A stretch of DNA of 64,000 bases from the human T2T-CHM13v2.0 reference genome, Homo sapiens. A program made the position numbers and the translations under genes. Where the stretch lies: assembly GCF_009914755.1 (NCBI RefSeq), contig NC_060937.1; one strand, given 5' to 3'. This document shows positions 12,796-27,480 of this stretch, one piece after another (positions within the stretch are counted from its first letter, which is position 1; every line of letters begins with the position of its first letter). Under the pieces are notes generated by a model. That model was not told the DNA's origin, did not search any database, and saw only the letters and a list, made by a program, of their open reading frames with translations.

Positions 12796-14293
12796 ATGAT
12801 ATTCTGGATCTTTAAAATCATTAATATACTTACACTCTTATTATATTAAAGGGATATATATTAAATAAAAACAATTGAATTTTCTGAATTCTGGATAAAT
12901 ATGCGGTATCACATATATACTATATAGGAATTGCTAATATATTTGTGTATAAAACTCTATTTTAAAATGTTAACTTGTATATGTATTTTAATAGATACAA
13001 ATATTTTATGTAGTTTTTAGATATCGTAATACATAATTATACATATATTTAGAAAAATAAGTGAAAACTTTCAATTTATGCAAAATTATTGAGAAACAGA
13101 AATGTAGTCTATCTCATATTCTCCATTAGGTTATAAATTTAACAGTACCAAAGTTGTACATATTAGAGAATTTATTTTTAGAGGCCAAACAGAAAAAAAG
13201 CAGTTCTACTTTTTTATAAATATATGCATTTATACATTTTTAGCTGTCCATAAATATTAAAGTGTAAGAATTGCCTTTTTGATGACCACACCATTTTCAT
13301 ATAATGTATCTAATAAAGGCAGCATCTTGAGTCATGCGCAATTTTTTTAGGAAAGAGAGAAGAAGGTAATAAACATGTACTGAACTACATTAACAGTATA
13401 AAATATAAAGATAAATTATATTATAAAGATAATATAAAGATAATTACTTCAAAATATTGAATTTGCAGTATATATATGCAGACACTAATATATATCATGA
13501 ACATGCAGGCAAAAATAGACAGAGTTTTAAAAGTAGACATTTCACAGTATAGGATGAAGATGATAATTTGCAAATGGCTCTCCTAGGACATCTTTATATA
13601 AGTTTAATTGTGAATGATAATGTATGGGTTTTTCAGGAAAATTTATTGGTTTTTGAGATACGGCTAAAAACTTGTCCTGTCCTCAAAATGTATATTTGGT
13701 TCATCTCAGCATTGGTGCTATAAATTAAATATTCTAAATAATTCAATATAGAACTCATACAATTGTCCACAATGTTTATTGTACGTTTTATTTTCAGACC
13801 ATAAAAAGGCTTGTTCTAGTAAACAAAACTGATTTTTTGACACTATATTAGTTAGTAAAAATGTCAAGTTTTTTGTTTCCTTTTCTATGTAGTTGTCACA
13901 TCAAATGTGTTCATCCATTCAACCTAAACTTATAAAACATCTAATATTTATAAAGCAGTCTACTTAGGAAAGTACTATATAGATTCCAAAATTGAATGAA
14001 ATCTAAACTTGTTTTATAGAGCCCTACTTATTTTGTATCAAAAATTTCTTTCATAACTTACTGTACAGTCAAAATTAATCATCTCAATAAAGAGCATTTT
14101 AAAAAGTTTTTCTCCTTCATAGAAAAATGGAATCTCCTTTAAGCATATTAAATCTACTTAAATAATTTAAATCTATTTTAGAAATACTTGTCTTAACTAA
14201 TATATTTTCAAAATAATTTGTAAATTTATCCTTATTGATTTGCCAAAGACAGCTAGAGCCAATTTTAAAATTTTGCCCTCATTTGTTTGAAAG

Positions 14294-14321
<28 letters not shown>
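14294..14321. repeat. (TA)14 microsatellite
   Basis: Direct reading. Confidence 0.95.
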
Positions 14322-14325
<4 letters not shown>

Positions 14326-14345
14326 AATGTTAAAAACAATATTAA

Positions 14346-14766
<421 letters not shown>

Positions 14767-15287
14767 TCAACTCAACAAAATGATCAAGGTGAGACAATGG
14801 AGCGTATTCCAGAAATGTCCCTAGTGAAAGTCTTAAATCTGTCTAAAAGACTCTATCCTCATAACAGGAGAGATTTTGTAGCTGTTTTCGTGTCCCAGTG
14901 CCAGGTATCTCAAGCTGCAGGGTATTTCTCTTACCAGCATAGGTGCTAAATTGTGAATCAGGGTTAAACTATGCAAGAATAAAATATTTCGAAAGGTTTA
15001 AGATGTCCATATTGTTAACAGAAATAGCATGTCATTTTAAAATTTTAATTTAAATTAATTCTAAATGTATTAGCATTCTTTAAGAATGTAAAAGAGAAAA
15101 GTGGTTCTAGAATGTTCTCATTTTATTTAGTCTGCCACTGAATGACCACAGGAAAAAAATATATATATGTATATATATTTTTTCTTCTTCTTCTTCTCTC
15201 GAACAGGTATGTTTTTCTTACCGTATTGGGGTAATATTAAGAACTTGTTGTAAATCGTATTGTATGAACTGTAATTAACACTAATAG

Positions 15288-15605
<318 letters not shown>

Positions 15606-16499
15606 AAAAACTTTTAAAAACTGTAATACAAGTTTGTGAGATTATCTGTTTAGCTAATAAAAATTACAAAGGAAATGATAAAAGTAGGCATGTTTCAAAA
15701 CAAAGTCAACATGATAAAATTCTAGTTTCTCACACATCCAACAACTACTCTACATGAATGCAGTGATTCAAGAATATGGCTGATAGACAAACAGCTTGAT
15801 GCAATAAATGGTGCCGAAATAACTCACAAACTACATGGCATTATAGAAGAAGGTTATTCCTAATTTTTTTAAAAAAGAATGATAGTTTTTTTTGCATATT
15901 GATCGCAATCATTTGGTGATACATTAATGCTTATCTTTAAAGAAATAATAAATAAAAAGTAACAATTTTATGTATAAATTTATATTTTCAATACTGAATT
16001 AAAACCTAAAGACTTCCTAAATATTTCAATGAAAAACTACCCAAAGAATGAATATATTTAACATTCCATAATCATTTTTATGGTGATCTGAAGATAATTT
16101 GCATATTAAGGACTATATTGTATAACATATTCAAAAACTTAAAGAAGTCACTCCCTGTGCCTGTATCCACCTCAGAGTCATGGAATGGATTCCAAAATGG
16201 CACAATGTCAGAAAAGAAACAAAAATGGTTTCCAAGACTGCTTATCAAAAATATCATTCTCCAGGATTCCCTAGTTTTTGGTTTTTTGGTTTTGGTTCTT
16301 TCTTCTTGTGGCTTATGTTGATACATTATAAAGGCCATGGATAAAGTTACAGTCCATTAGTAAAAGAGATAATATAAAGAATGTAGGTTTTTGAGGTCAG
16401 ACATATCTGAGACAAAATAGTTCTGTCACTAATAGTTGCATGACATTAAATAATTTAATTAACACCTGTTAGGCCGTTTGCCTGTATAATTGGAATAGT

Positions 16500-16860
16500 A
16501 TATTATTTTACTCAATATATATTTATGAGATTACTGTGTCCTTGCCAGTACTGTGAATCCAGGAAATGATTCAATGAACAGGGCAAGTGCTGTGACCTTA
16601 GTGTGGTGAAGGCAATAAGATAGTAAAAAAAATAAAATATTAGTGTTATATGAACTATGAAGAAAATAATACAAAACTAAAGAGTGGGAAGAAAGGAAGA
16701 TTTTAGAAACAGAGTCAGAGAAGATATTTTTGAGGAAGTGGCTTTGAGCAGAGACTTAAAGGATGAGACTAATCATATTCTGGACAGAAAAAACAACAGA
16801 GAAACTTGGAGGCTGTAAAACCTTGATTTGCTAAAGAAACCAGCTTTGGTTTCAGCAGAG
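16500..16860 (-). mobile_element. L2 fragment
   Basis: 'tatttatgagattactgtgtcc', 'gtcagagaagatatttttgaggaagtggctttgagcagagacttaaaggatgag', characteristic of antisense L2. Confidence 0.65.
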
Positions 16861-16872
16861 CAATTCAGAGGA

Positions 16873-17319
16873 TGTGCTAAATTAAATAATGACTCCTCAT
16901 CCCTACAACCTGTAAATGCTACCTTATATGACAAAAGGGACTTTGTAGATGTGATTAAGAATCTTGAGATGAGGGAATTATTCTGGATTGTAAGGGTGGA
17001 ATATACTTGTAGTCATATGTATCTTTATAGCATGGAGGCAGAGGAAGATTTGACTATAGAAGAGTGGTAGGAGACATGAAGCAAGAGGTTGGAGTGATGT
17101 AAATAAGGGGTCAACAGCTAAGGATGCAGGAAGCAAGAAAAGGCAAGTAATTGATTCTCCCCATAACCCCCAGCAGGGCCAAGCCCTGCTGATATCTTGA
17201 TCTTAGCTCAGTGAAACTGATTTTGGTCTTCTGACCTCCCTCACTGTAAGATAACTTTGGTTGTTTTAAGCCATTAAGTTTGTGGCAATTTGTTACAGTA
17301 CTAATAGGATATTAATGCA
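16873..17319 (+). mobile_element. MLT1 (C/D-like) MaLR solo LTR inserted into L2
   Basis: 'accttatatgacaaaagggactttgtagatgtgattaag', 'ttttggtcttctgacctcc', 'gttttaagccattaagtttgtggcaatttgttacag'. Confidence 0.85.
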
Positions 17320-17359
17320 GAGGAAAATGGCAAAAAAAAAAAAAAAAGAAAAAAAAGAG

Positions 17360-17750
17360 AAAGCTTAGAGAAGTAGCAGGTACCAGATCACTTGAGGCAC
17401 TATAGAAGGATAATAGTGAAGAAAAAAAATAAAGGCTCTCAGAGGCTTCTATAATACTCTAAGCAGCAGATGGTTATGAGTTGGACGTGGGTGGTGGTGG
17501 TGTGGTGGCTGAAGTGAGGGAAAGTTTCAGGCACCTGCTAAATTTTGAAGGTGGAGTTGGCAGGACTTGTTGATGGTTAGGATATATGGAGTGAAGAAGA
17601 AAGCCTTCCAAACACCTAGAGCAACCAGGTAATTTTGCATCATTCATGAGAGATGGATAAACTTACACAAAGATTTTGACAGCTGGTGGAAAGAAAATCA
17701 GAGTTCATATTTTGCCCACGATCAACTGTAAGCAGTGGAGTCACTTTAAA
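17360..17750 (-). mobile_element. L2 fragment (continues past the MLT1)
   Basis: 'attttgaaggtggagttggcaggacttgttgatggttaggatatatggagtg'. Confidence 0.6.
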
Positions 17751-18896
17751 TGTCAACCGATGGGTAAGGAAGACTCACCTAGAGGATGACCAGGGACAAG
17801 GAGGATGATAGTCTTTTACATTCCCAATCCCTATGGGATACTTAGAGATATACCACAAAGGACAAAAGATAAGAAACTTACCCCAGGGATTACATATTTT
17901 CTTAAAATGCATTAATTAAACAAAAAAGTTACCTATTATTCCTTTTTATCTTGTTAAAAAATATAAAAATAGATCGCATCTTCTCTCTGTCCAGTTTCTT
18001 TACATATAAAATGACAAACATAGCCACTGAGAAATTAAATTCAAACTGACATGTGAAGTAACATCTAAGAAAAGTACTGGCAAACAAAATAAAAGAAAAA
18101 CACAGAATACTAAGTTTAAAACGTGAAAGTACTAATAACTAATTTATAGGGCTGAGCATCAATGAAAGTGTAAGTGAAAATCAGTAACCTCACAGAATAA
18201 GAAGGTAAATCAAGGCACTGTTTGGAACTTCAGAAGTTCTATGTGATAGGTAATTTTAATCCCCAAAGCATGATAATTTCTGCATTCCACTGATGTAACC
18301 ATTGCAGAAGAGTGACATGAATTTATAACCATAAAAAATAAACCTCTAAAAAATACTAATGACAATATTACTGACAGGAATAACAAATACTAGATTTACC
18401 CCCACTTATCCAGAGTACATGCTTTTTCTACCACTATTCATATCTCTCTTAATTGTGTCACTTAATTGACTTTTCAAGGTTAAGCCATGGGCATCTATAA
18501 ACAATACTGCATATCATAAATCATCCTGGAAAAGCACTGTTTTTTAAAAGTCTATCAGACAGTACACAATGTTTTAGAACAGCAGAACAAAGCTAAACTA
18601 ATTTAAATGTCCATAAATCACTGTCTTGCCTTGGTAAATATTAATATATTAAGAAAAAGAGACAGAGAGAGGGAGAAACATAGAATAACAAAAACATTTC
18701 AAAAATACACTGAATAACTTATTAAACATAATTTGGAGAATTACAATGATTGCTCCTTAAATTTTGTTGTAAGCCATACATAAAATAATAATAATAATAA
18801 TAATAATAACAACAATGTGGGGATAAAAAAAGTTCATATTTATATATATATGAGCAGCATTAAAAGTATACCTTCTGCCACACTCAGATTCAATAA

Positions 18897-19289
<393 letters not shown>

Positions 19290-19309
19290 GGGAATCTTTT
19301 TAAAAAGCA

Positions 19310-19590
19310 GAACCAAAAGATTACAAACTATAAAATTATATTTATGACAAGAAATATATAGTTGGAAAAGGCAAAAAATATGGGGACAAAAAACTAGTGT
19401 TTACTTGGGTTGGACTGGGATTGGGAGAGGGGTTGACTACAATGGAACTGGAGAAAATTATTGGAGTGATGTGGTGATAGTTACATAACTGTATATATTT
19501 GTCAAACATATTAAATACTGAAAAGGGTGAATTTTACTGTTTATAAATTATTTCTCAATCAAACTGACATTACGAAAAGTAAAATAAATA
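19310..19590 (+). mobile_element. L1MC/L1ME 3' end fragment
   Basis: 'ggaaaaggcaaaa', 'gtggtgatagttacataactgtatatatttgtcaaa', 'aaaagggtgaattttactgtttataaattat'. Confidence 0.7.
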
Positions 19591-19600
19591 TAAATTTCAT

Positions 19601-19689
19601 GAATGGCGTGAACCCGGGAGGCGGAGCTTGCAGTGAGCCGAGATCGCGCCACTGCACTCCAGCCTGGGCGACAGAGCGAGACTCCGTCT

Positions 19690-19730
<41 letters not shown>
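19601..19730 (+). mobile_element. 5'-truncated AluY (last 90 nt) with a pure A40 tail
   Basis: Matches the AluY 3' end with no change I can see; TSD AAATTTCAT at 19592-19600 and 19728-19736. Confidence 0.95.
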
Positions 19731-19735
<5 letters not shown>

Positions 19736-20172
19736 TTTAGAATATTGAAAAACTATAGATTTTGTTCTAGAAATCTGGGGTTCTATAATTTATTTCAAAA
19801 TACAAGTTTTTAGCCTATTTTTAACTTATCAAATCTTTCTTCAGAAATCCAAAGTTTGGATTCAAAAATAGCTACTTTACATTTGACCCTAAGGCTAACA
19901 CATGTAAAAATTATATAAAAGAATAGAAAATTGTTCCAACTTTTTTTTCTTTAGTTTTGAATTTGTTGAGGTAAGCAAAATAAAATAACAACAATTTGGT
20001 CTAGCCAAGTGATAAACATTACAAAAACGTCAATAAAACCTAATGTAGATAAAGCCAGTGCAAACATTTTCAGCTATAAAGAAAAATATGCAACATGAAC
20101 TTCGATTCTCAGTGGCTAGCAGCATTCCCATAAAATATAATTTTAGTAATAGAAGTAGGAATGTATTATATT

Positions 20173-20208
20173 ACTTCACATTATATTCTCTTCAATATAA
20201 TGTGAAGT
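20173..20208. repeat. Perfect 15-bp inverted repeat with a 6-nt loop
   Basis: ACTTCACATTATATT-ctcttc-AATATAATGTGAAGT. Confidence 0.92.
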
Positions 20209-21482
20209 GAAATGAACACTAGCTGATTAGACAGGTGGCTCACACCCATATGACTGTTCAACCTGGACTTGGCTTTCTAAAGTCTAGAGGCTGCTTCATT
20301 TGGGGCACTTTGGCTGATTTGTCAGAGGTCATTAACGCTGCTTCATTACTGACTGCTCCAAAAACAAGCAGGTCACACTAAATTTGTTTTCATAAATAAA
20401 CAACATCTCAGAATTCTCAACGTTAATAAATATATTCTAATTAAATATAATGGAAACTAAAGATGCAACATTAATACATGCATATGCTTACGTACTGGGC
20501 ACATATAACTAAAAGTATCAATTATATTTACATTATGAGAAAAGATCAAGAAATTAAGTAATGAATTATGAGTCAGTGGGGATTTAAATTAAGGCCTGTT
20601 ACCTAATTGTAGCTGTCCATATAGTAAAATTCTTAAGCCAGTTCTAATAAATTCAACATGCATTAATTTTAGCTATTTCAATTTAACCATGGCCAACAAA
20701 TATGTAAGTCAACTCAGGATATTTTAAATAAAGAATTACATGGTTGATTATTTTTCACAATTGCATAAACAACTTAAAAAATTTCAGGGGGGTCTAGAAA
20801 GAGAAGGAAAGAATGAATTAAAGGTATTAGTATATATGTAAATTAGATCTAGGTAATATTTATGTTAAATTTTAACTTACTTTTTAAGTTTTATATTACA
20901 CAAGTTTTGTCCCTGGGGCACAAGTGCCATACTGAAAACACTAATAGAAAACACATAAAATGTGAACAGCTGCAGTTATTAAAAATATCCCTTAGGGTAG
21001 GTCAATACACAGACATGAGTTTATATCACAGCTTGTTACATACAGACTCTAGGAGGTTTAAGGGAAATATGAGTTATAGAGAATCAGGCTCTCCATGGAC
21101 AGATGCATCTACAGATAAGATTCAAATTAATTCTTGGGCAGTAGTGTCTCTTTCTGTCTTACTGATCTTTGGTGCATACTAAGTTGTTGACTCAAAGTGT
21201 ATTACTATTATTTCTATTGGCTTGTGTGCAGCACTTTGCATTTTGAAAATGCATCTACAACCTCTTTTTTGTTTCTAGCTAAAAAGCTCTTTAACATTGA
21301 CAGAGTACTGCCTGAGATGTGGCTTCTGGACACCAATCTTTCCTAGAAATTAAGCTGCAATAAGCAGGCATTGTTTTACTTATCTTTCATATTCTGAATT
21401 TTTAAAAGGGAATTCCAGAGTGATAGCAGCTGTGACAAGCATACTAATTTGTATTCACCTTTTGTGTTTATTAGCTGGTTTG

Positions 21483-21500
21483 AGGAAGTGAGTCAGGAAG
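21483..21500 (+). promoter_or_regulatory. ETS/AP-1 composite motif (candidate enhancer core)
   Basis: AGGAAGTGAGTCAGGAAG: the ETS core GGAAGT overlaps AP-1 TGAGTCA (21489-21495). Confidence 0.45.
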
Positions 21501-22859
21501 ATGACACCGACACAAACAGAAATAAAACCTGGATGTCACATGGTGTCATATTAAAGCCGAGAACATTTAAAAAGCAGAACAGCCTAATCTTCAGTTAACC
21601 TCTATTTAATTTTCATAAACAGAATTTCATCTCAAGCACCAAATTAAAACTGAGGCTGAGAAATGAGCCTGTATATTAAGATGTGTCCAAATCAATTGTT
21701 GTCATGATGAGTTGCTGGTTTTCAACCTCAGATTTATAACGTGAGTCACCAGGTTAGTATTTTGGGGTTACAATTAGTGGGGAGCATTTAAGTATGGATT
21801 TTACCCTAGTATAAGAAGATGACACTCAGCATCTGGGACAACACTGTTTATAGAATTACAAGTCACAAGTGTAATAAAAACTTCTGTGGAAAAAAAAGTG
21901 CCAAAATGTCTGCATAATTCCTTATAAATCATTTTTTTAGGGGACATAACATTGGGAAATGATTTCAAATACATTCTTTGTCTTTTCCTACAGCTGTGTG
22001 CCTGTATTGGGTACAGACCAAAACATAGGAGGCCACTACAGTTTTCAGAGTTAAAGGATGACAGTAACTAATCAACTACCTAAAAAAATTTCTCTTTGAC
22101 ATAATAACAGCACAACCAGGGAACATTGCTAGCTGAGAGGAACAAAATTCAATTCAAGATTAAAAAATTAATGATTATAAATAAAAATTGCATAGTTTGT
22201 TTTCAACAGAACTGGAATTTATAATAAATGTATGCCGTATGACGTTTTATAGAGTTGAATTTACTCTATTTAAATGTGATTAATAACTGAAACAGAATTA
22301 GAATATTCTTACATTTAGTGAGGTATCTAAAACACACTGCAAAAATTTACACACTTTAACTCTCTAAAATACCATGTTTTTCCCTACATTTTATCTTGAA
22401 TAATGATAAATTATAATAATTATTAACACTTTATAGACATTTATGCAAAATCAAATCTCTACAAAATATGAATATTTTATAGAAATATTTTTCAAACACA
22501 TCTATATATGTGTATATTGAGTATACACATGCACAGATATGCATGAATAAGTATATTAAGAATGAGTAATCGTTATCCATTTACAACCTCATTATATATT
22601 TTCCTCCATATGGGATGATACCATCTGGATACATTTAGGTTACAATGCATAAATGGCTTTCCCAAATATTCAATAAAACAAAATTTAAAATGTATATATT
22701 TTTCCGTGATTGGAATCCTATCAAATAGCTGTTAATGTCAATTCAGAGATGTTTAACCATTAGCTTAAATCAGATGATTAACAAATGTTTCTCTGGTCCT
22801 GTGCACTACCAAGATCTTGAGTCACTATGATACGATACCAGTTATATACTAATCATAAA

Positions 22860-23640
22860 TAGCACTGAACTTATTTCTACTACCCCCTGTATTCCTCCTC
22901 TACTACCTATACTTGCAGATGGAACCAACATGCCCCAAATTGCTCTGGCTCTGAATCTTAGTGTCCCACCTCTTCACATCATAACAGAATCAGCTGTCAA
23001 CTCTATTTCTATCTCAAAGTTTTCCTTTCTTTTCATTCTCATTGTCCATATTTTAAATCGTATACTCTACCATGTGGTCTCGTAGCCAACAAGTATTTAC
23101 CCTTCCTAACAATCCTGCCCGTTAATGCCAGGTACATGTACCTTGAGGAGAGCTATGCTGCTCTAACCTTGCTACTCTAATGTTGTTACTGATTTCTCAG
23201 AGTAACATTACATAATATGCCCAAACTTATTTCCTTTCTTTCTTCTAACAAAACGGGACTGAATCTCTTCATTGGATTCCATATCTTGTCTTGTTCACAC
23301 TGATACCTTTGACTTCTCTCGGTCCTTTATTTGTATTTCTATATGTGTAAATTCAGCTTGTTTTCAGTCTGACATGCCAGCTCCTCCATACATTTCATTT
23401 GATCCTCTTTCCACCCCAGGGCAGAGGGTACCCTAATATTGTCTTCCTCACTCACTCTGTACGTCTCTGGTACATAACATTCTATGTTTTCTATACTGAC
23501 AGTGTAGCTGTCCTTCTTATTTAGGGAGTGGAATCACATTGGAATTGGGCACAATTTCTCATCTTTGTAGTCTTCACAATGTCTAAAGATTATATTTACA
23601 AGGGCATGTGATAGAAACCTAATTTTTAATGGGTGAATAA
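22860..23640 (+). mobile_element. L2 fragments (highly diverged)
   Basis: Pyrimidine-rich L2-like text ending in 'catctttgtagtcttcacaatgtct...aatgggtgaataattgaa'. Confidence 0.5.
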
Positions 23641-24144
23641 TTGAAATATAGTAATTTTGACATTTCTCCCTATTTCTTCCTATAGTTTGAGTTTAAGTTA
23701 ACAACTTCATATAGAAAAAAAATCAAATGTTTGCAGAATAGGCATTTATGAGTATATGATCATTAGTTTCCAGATTTAAACCTTGGAGAGGACGAAGAAA
23801 CCAGTTTTATAAATTTGTAATTTAAGCAAATTATTTACTGTGCTATTTAGGAAAATATGGATAGTAGCCAATCAGTGACAGAAATGACTTGTCTATGACC
23901 TGTGCTGGTTGAATAGCTGATAATGAGCTGGCAAACACTGAAGTTCATTGAAACTGCTACCAAAATATCTGTTTCTATGGGGAGAAAAAACTTTTGTAGA
24001 ATGAAAAAAATCTAATTTATAAATCAATTTTTTGCAATATGGCACACTTCATATATACATAATCTTTATACATTGATGTCCCTTCAACATTTGTTTGGCA
24101 ACTTGTTATTTGTTATCCTGAATATAATTTTATATACCTATGGT

Positions 24145-24429
24145 CTTTTTTTTTTTTTTTTTTTGAGACAGAGTCTCACTCTATTGCCAAGGCTGGAGGG
24201 CAGTGGTGCAGTCTTGGCTCACTGCAAACTCCGTCCCCCGAGCTCAAGCAATTTTCATGCCTCAGCCTCCTGAGTAGCTGGGATTACAGAAGCCCACCAC
24301 CACATCCAGCTAATTTTTGTACTTTTAGTAGAGACGGCCAGGCTGGTCTCAAACTGCTGACCTCAGGTGATCCACCCGCCTCGGCCTCCCAGAGTGCTTG
24401 GATTACAGTCATGAGCCACCACTCCCAGC
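24145..24429 (-). mobile_element. AluSx-like with a small internal deletion
   Basis: Poly(T) and Alu body; 'gagacggccaggctgg' lacks the usual GGTTTCACCATGTT segment; TSD ATGGTCTTTT on both sides. Confidence 0.93.
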
Positions 24430-25029
24430 CCCTGATGGTCTTTTGGTTTCTGAACTTTTCAAGGAATGCATTTTATACAACTGTACCCAAAATTACTATT
24501 TATAGATATCTTAAACATTGTAGAATCTCACAAAAACACTAGAATGCTTTCGAACCCTTGGACATTTGCTTTGAAGGAAGTACAAGGTAGTATACTGTAT
24601 TGTTCATATATGTAGCTATTTAACACTAACTGTAAGATGCCAATTCATTGCACATTGGGGAATCTAAAAATTAACCTTTCTGGTTGTGTTTCAGCTAGAA
24701 CACTCTATGAAAAGAAATATAGCAAAGAATCAAAATGCATAATGTTTACTCAAATGCCACTAATATTTAAATACATCTGTAAGTGAAGCTTCCTACTGAT
24801 CCACTTAACACTTCAGCAAAAGGCTAATGAACCATGGAACGCTTTGCTCCTCTTCCTAACCTGGATGCTATGTTTAAGAGAATGCTCTCTTTTAAGTAAT
24901 AGCAGGAATACTATTTAAGTTGAGGTCAGAAAATATCTATCTAGTTAGCTAAGTTTTAAACTTAAAAACAATAACCTAAATAATTGGGACAGATCCATAA
25001 TCATTACAGAAGTTTATTTACATATGCAG

Positions 25030-25530
25030 GCTTTACTGGGCTTGGTTCTGTGGAGAGACAGAATCCAAGGACAAGGCCTGGTATGTCCTGAGGACTGACT
25101 ACCAAATTGACATAGTCACTGAAGACAATCGTCAGCCAGGCCTAGTTCCAATGGGAAACAATTTCCTCTGGCAGCTTTTAAAGTCTGTTTTTGTAGGAAA
25201 TTGCCTCTTGGAGCATATAAAGCTAATTCATGGCGGTTCCCAGAACTCCCGCACACCCGGCTGGAGCTCCCCTGTGGATGAGGCTGTCTTGTTGACATAA
25301 TCGAGCTCGGCTCTTGGCAAAGCTCCAGCTGTTTGTGTGGAGCCAGTCAGATTAGGCTGAAAGCCTCTAAATCTTCCAAAGTGTCCCCAGGAAGGGAATA
25401 TAAAATGGTGATGGTGATATGGCAAGACCCAGGGAACACAGCAAAGTCACGACATTTGTATTTGGGTCTGTCATTGTGATTAAATAACACAGAATTTGTT
25501 AGTAGATTTAGCAGAGGTCACGACACAAAA
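25030..25530. promoter_or_regulatory. Unique, GC- and CpG-elevated block (candidate enhancer or conserved non-coding element)
   Basis: No repeat recognised; SOX-like GACAAT/AACAAT/CATTGT motifs, TGGGAA/TTCCCA motifs and about 8 CpGs. Confidence 0.35.
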
Positions 25531-27289
25531 GTGATGGATGATCTGCAGTTCTATTTTTGCCCACTGAATCTGTGTTATATGCCGGGTTAACTTTTCTTTG
25601 GGGATTTGTTATGGTGCTACAAAACCTGTCCTCCTGCTAACCACCCAACAATTTTTTTTTATGCTAGAATGTCTATAAACATCTGAATTAATACATTTAC
25701 AACCAATGGACTTCATTTCTTTGGCATGAAAAGTATTAGAAGACTGTTATATATTATACAACTGAAAGAGAGGACTGCTTTTAATTTGACTATCCTCTCC
25801 CCATTCCGTTTAATACATACTTATTAAAGATTGTCAAGGGCAAAAAATGTTATTTACCTCAATTATAAAAAGCAAGCATGAAAAAAACTTAAATATGACC
25901 CTAGACACTTAATTTGAGATAAAAGTTAAAAATCAAAAGCATATCATTTTAAAATATAAAAGAACCAGCATATCTTTTTCCAGGTGTGAGAAATACCAAA
26001 GTTTGAACATTAAAGTAATATTAAGTGAGTTGAAACATGAGAAACAAAGAAAGCAGCAGCTATACACAGAATAGATAGAAATAAAAATGAGAAAAACATT
26101 TAGTCACATGGGGAAACAAAGTTGAAATAAAGTGTATATTTGTTTGAATTTGATATTGTCCACAATAGTGGACACTGAAGTTCAAAACAAAAAGCAATTT
26201 CTCTTATACTCTTGACCCCTCTTTCTCGATAATCAAAATCTGACATGAGACCTCTCCCCAGTAGTTTAGGATAAATTTGACGACTGGAGATTCAATAATC
26301 TTTATGTTATCCAAATTTTACTAACTATCCTTCTTTTATCATATTCCTTCCTTGTTTAAATATTATTTTCATGTATTTTTTTAAAAAATTACATAATGTT
26401 CCTTTTGTTTGAAATGTCTTGCTGATACCTAGTCTTATCTGCCTATCAAACTTGACCCTCTTAATAATTCCGTTCAATTTCCTTTCTTTGTTGTATCTTC
26501 ACCTCAATCCTACACTTAACAGGAGCAGAAGTTAAATCTATTCTCTGTGCACCTACATCAGCACTCATTTCACTAAGCAGTAATTTTTACTTTTAATCTG
26601 TGTTATCCAACAAAAACTGAGCTGTTTGAAACCAGAAATGCCATTTTCCCCAACTTTTGCTATATTGTTGTCTAGAAGAGTTTCTAGGGCTTTGTGGAAA
26701 TTGAGTAATGTTTCCTAATAAATCCATCAGGGACTTGCCTTGTTTCTGACTTTCCGTATGTTACAATCGGTGGGTAAAAGTAAAATCCTCGGTCAGATTT
26801 TCTTTTCTTGAATTCCAGATCTCTGATGTACCATCTGGAATAAGTGACTTTTTTGAGCTTCAAAACTTTCCTATAAAATAGTCTACCTCATGTAGTTCTA
26901 CCAGAGGAATAACAGCGCTCGAGTACAAAATTTGCTTAGAAAAGCTCCAGTATTTAAAATGTGCCCAAGTATACGCTAAAAATCAGCACCCTCCCCATCA
27001 CCTCTTGTCAGCATCCACATAAGAGACCACCTGTGTGGAAACAATGAGGATTTCCTTGGCATATGTTCTCACGCATGGATGGAATTGCTAGGTTATAGAA
27101 CATGCTGAATTTCTGAAGGTCAACTGCTTCAGCTTGCACTTTTGAGGTATACTGTTAGCTGATGCTTTTTATTTTAAAAATTTTCTTCCTTAATTCCAAA
27201 ATCTCCCCAAAATGAGTTCTCTTTTGAGTTTCTCTTTATTTTGTACTTAATAAATACAGAGCATTTAAAATTTCCCAGGTCCTTTTCTG

Positions 27290-27480
27290 AATGTTCCACG
27301 AGTGTTAATTCCCTTGGTCTTCATGAAGTAAGGTACTGTTAGTGGCTTCGTTTTACAGTGGGGAAAAGTGAGGAATGAAGAAGTTAACTGACCTGCCCAC
27401 AACGAGGCAAAAACATACGGTGGAGCGGGAGCAGCCTGGCTCCAAAGACCCTGCCCACGACCGCTGCGTTCCTCTGCGCC
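27290..27480 (-). mobile_element. MIR fragment
   Basis: 'gttttacagtggggaaaagtgagg...gaagttaactgacctgccca...gcctggctccaaagacc'. Confidence 0.7.

Noticed and set aside
15152-15184. Palindrome A7(TA)n..(TA)nT6
   Set aside because: Low-complexity AT symmetry that is expected by chance
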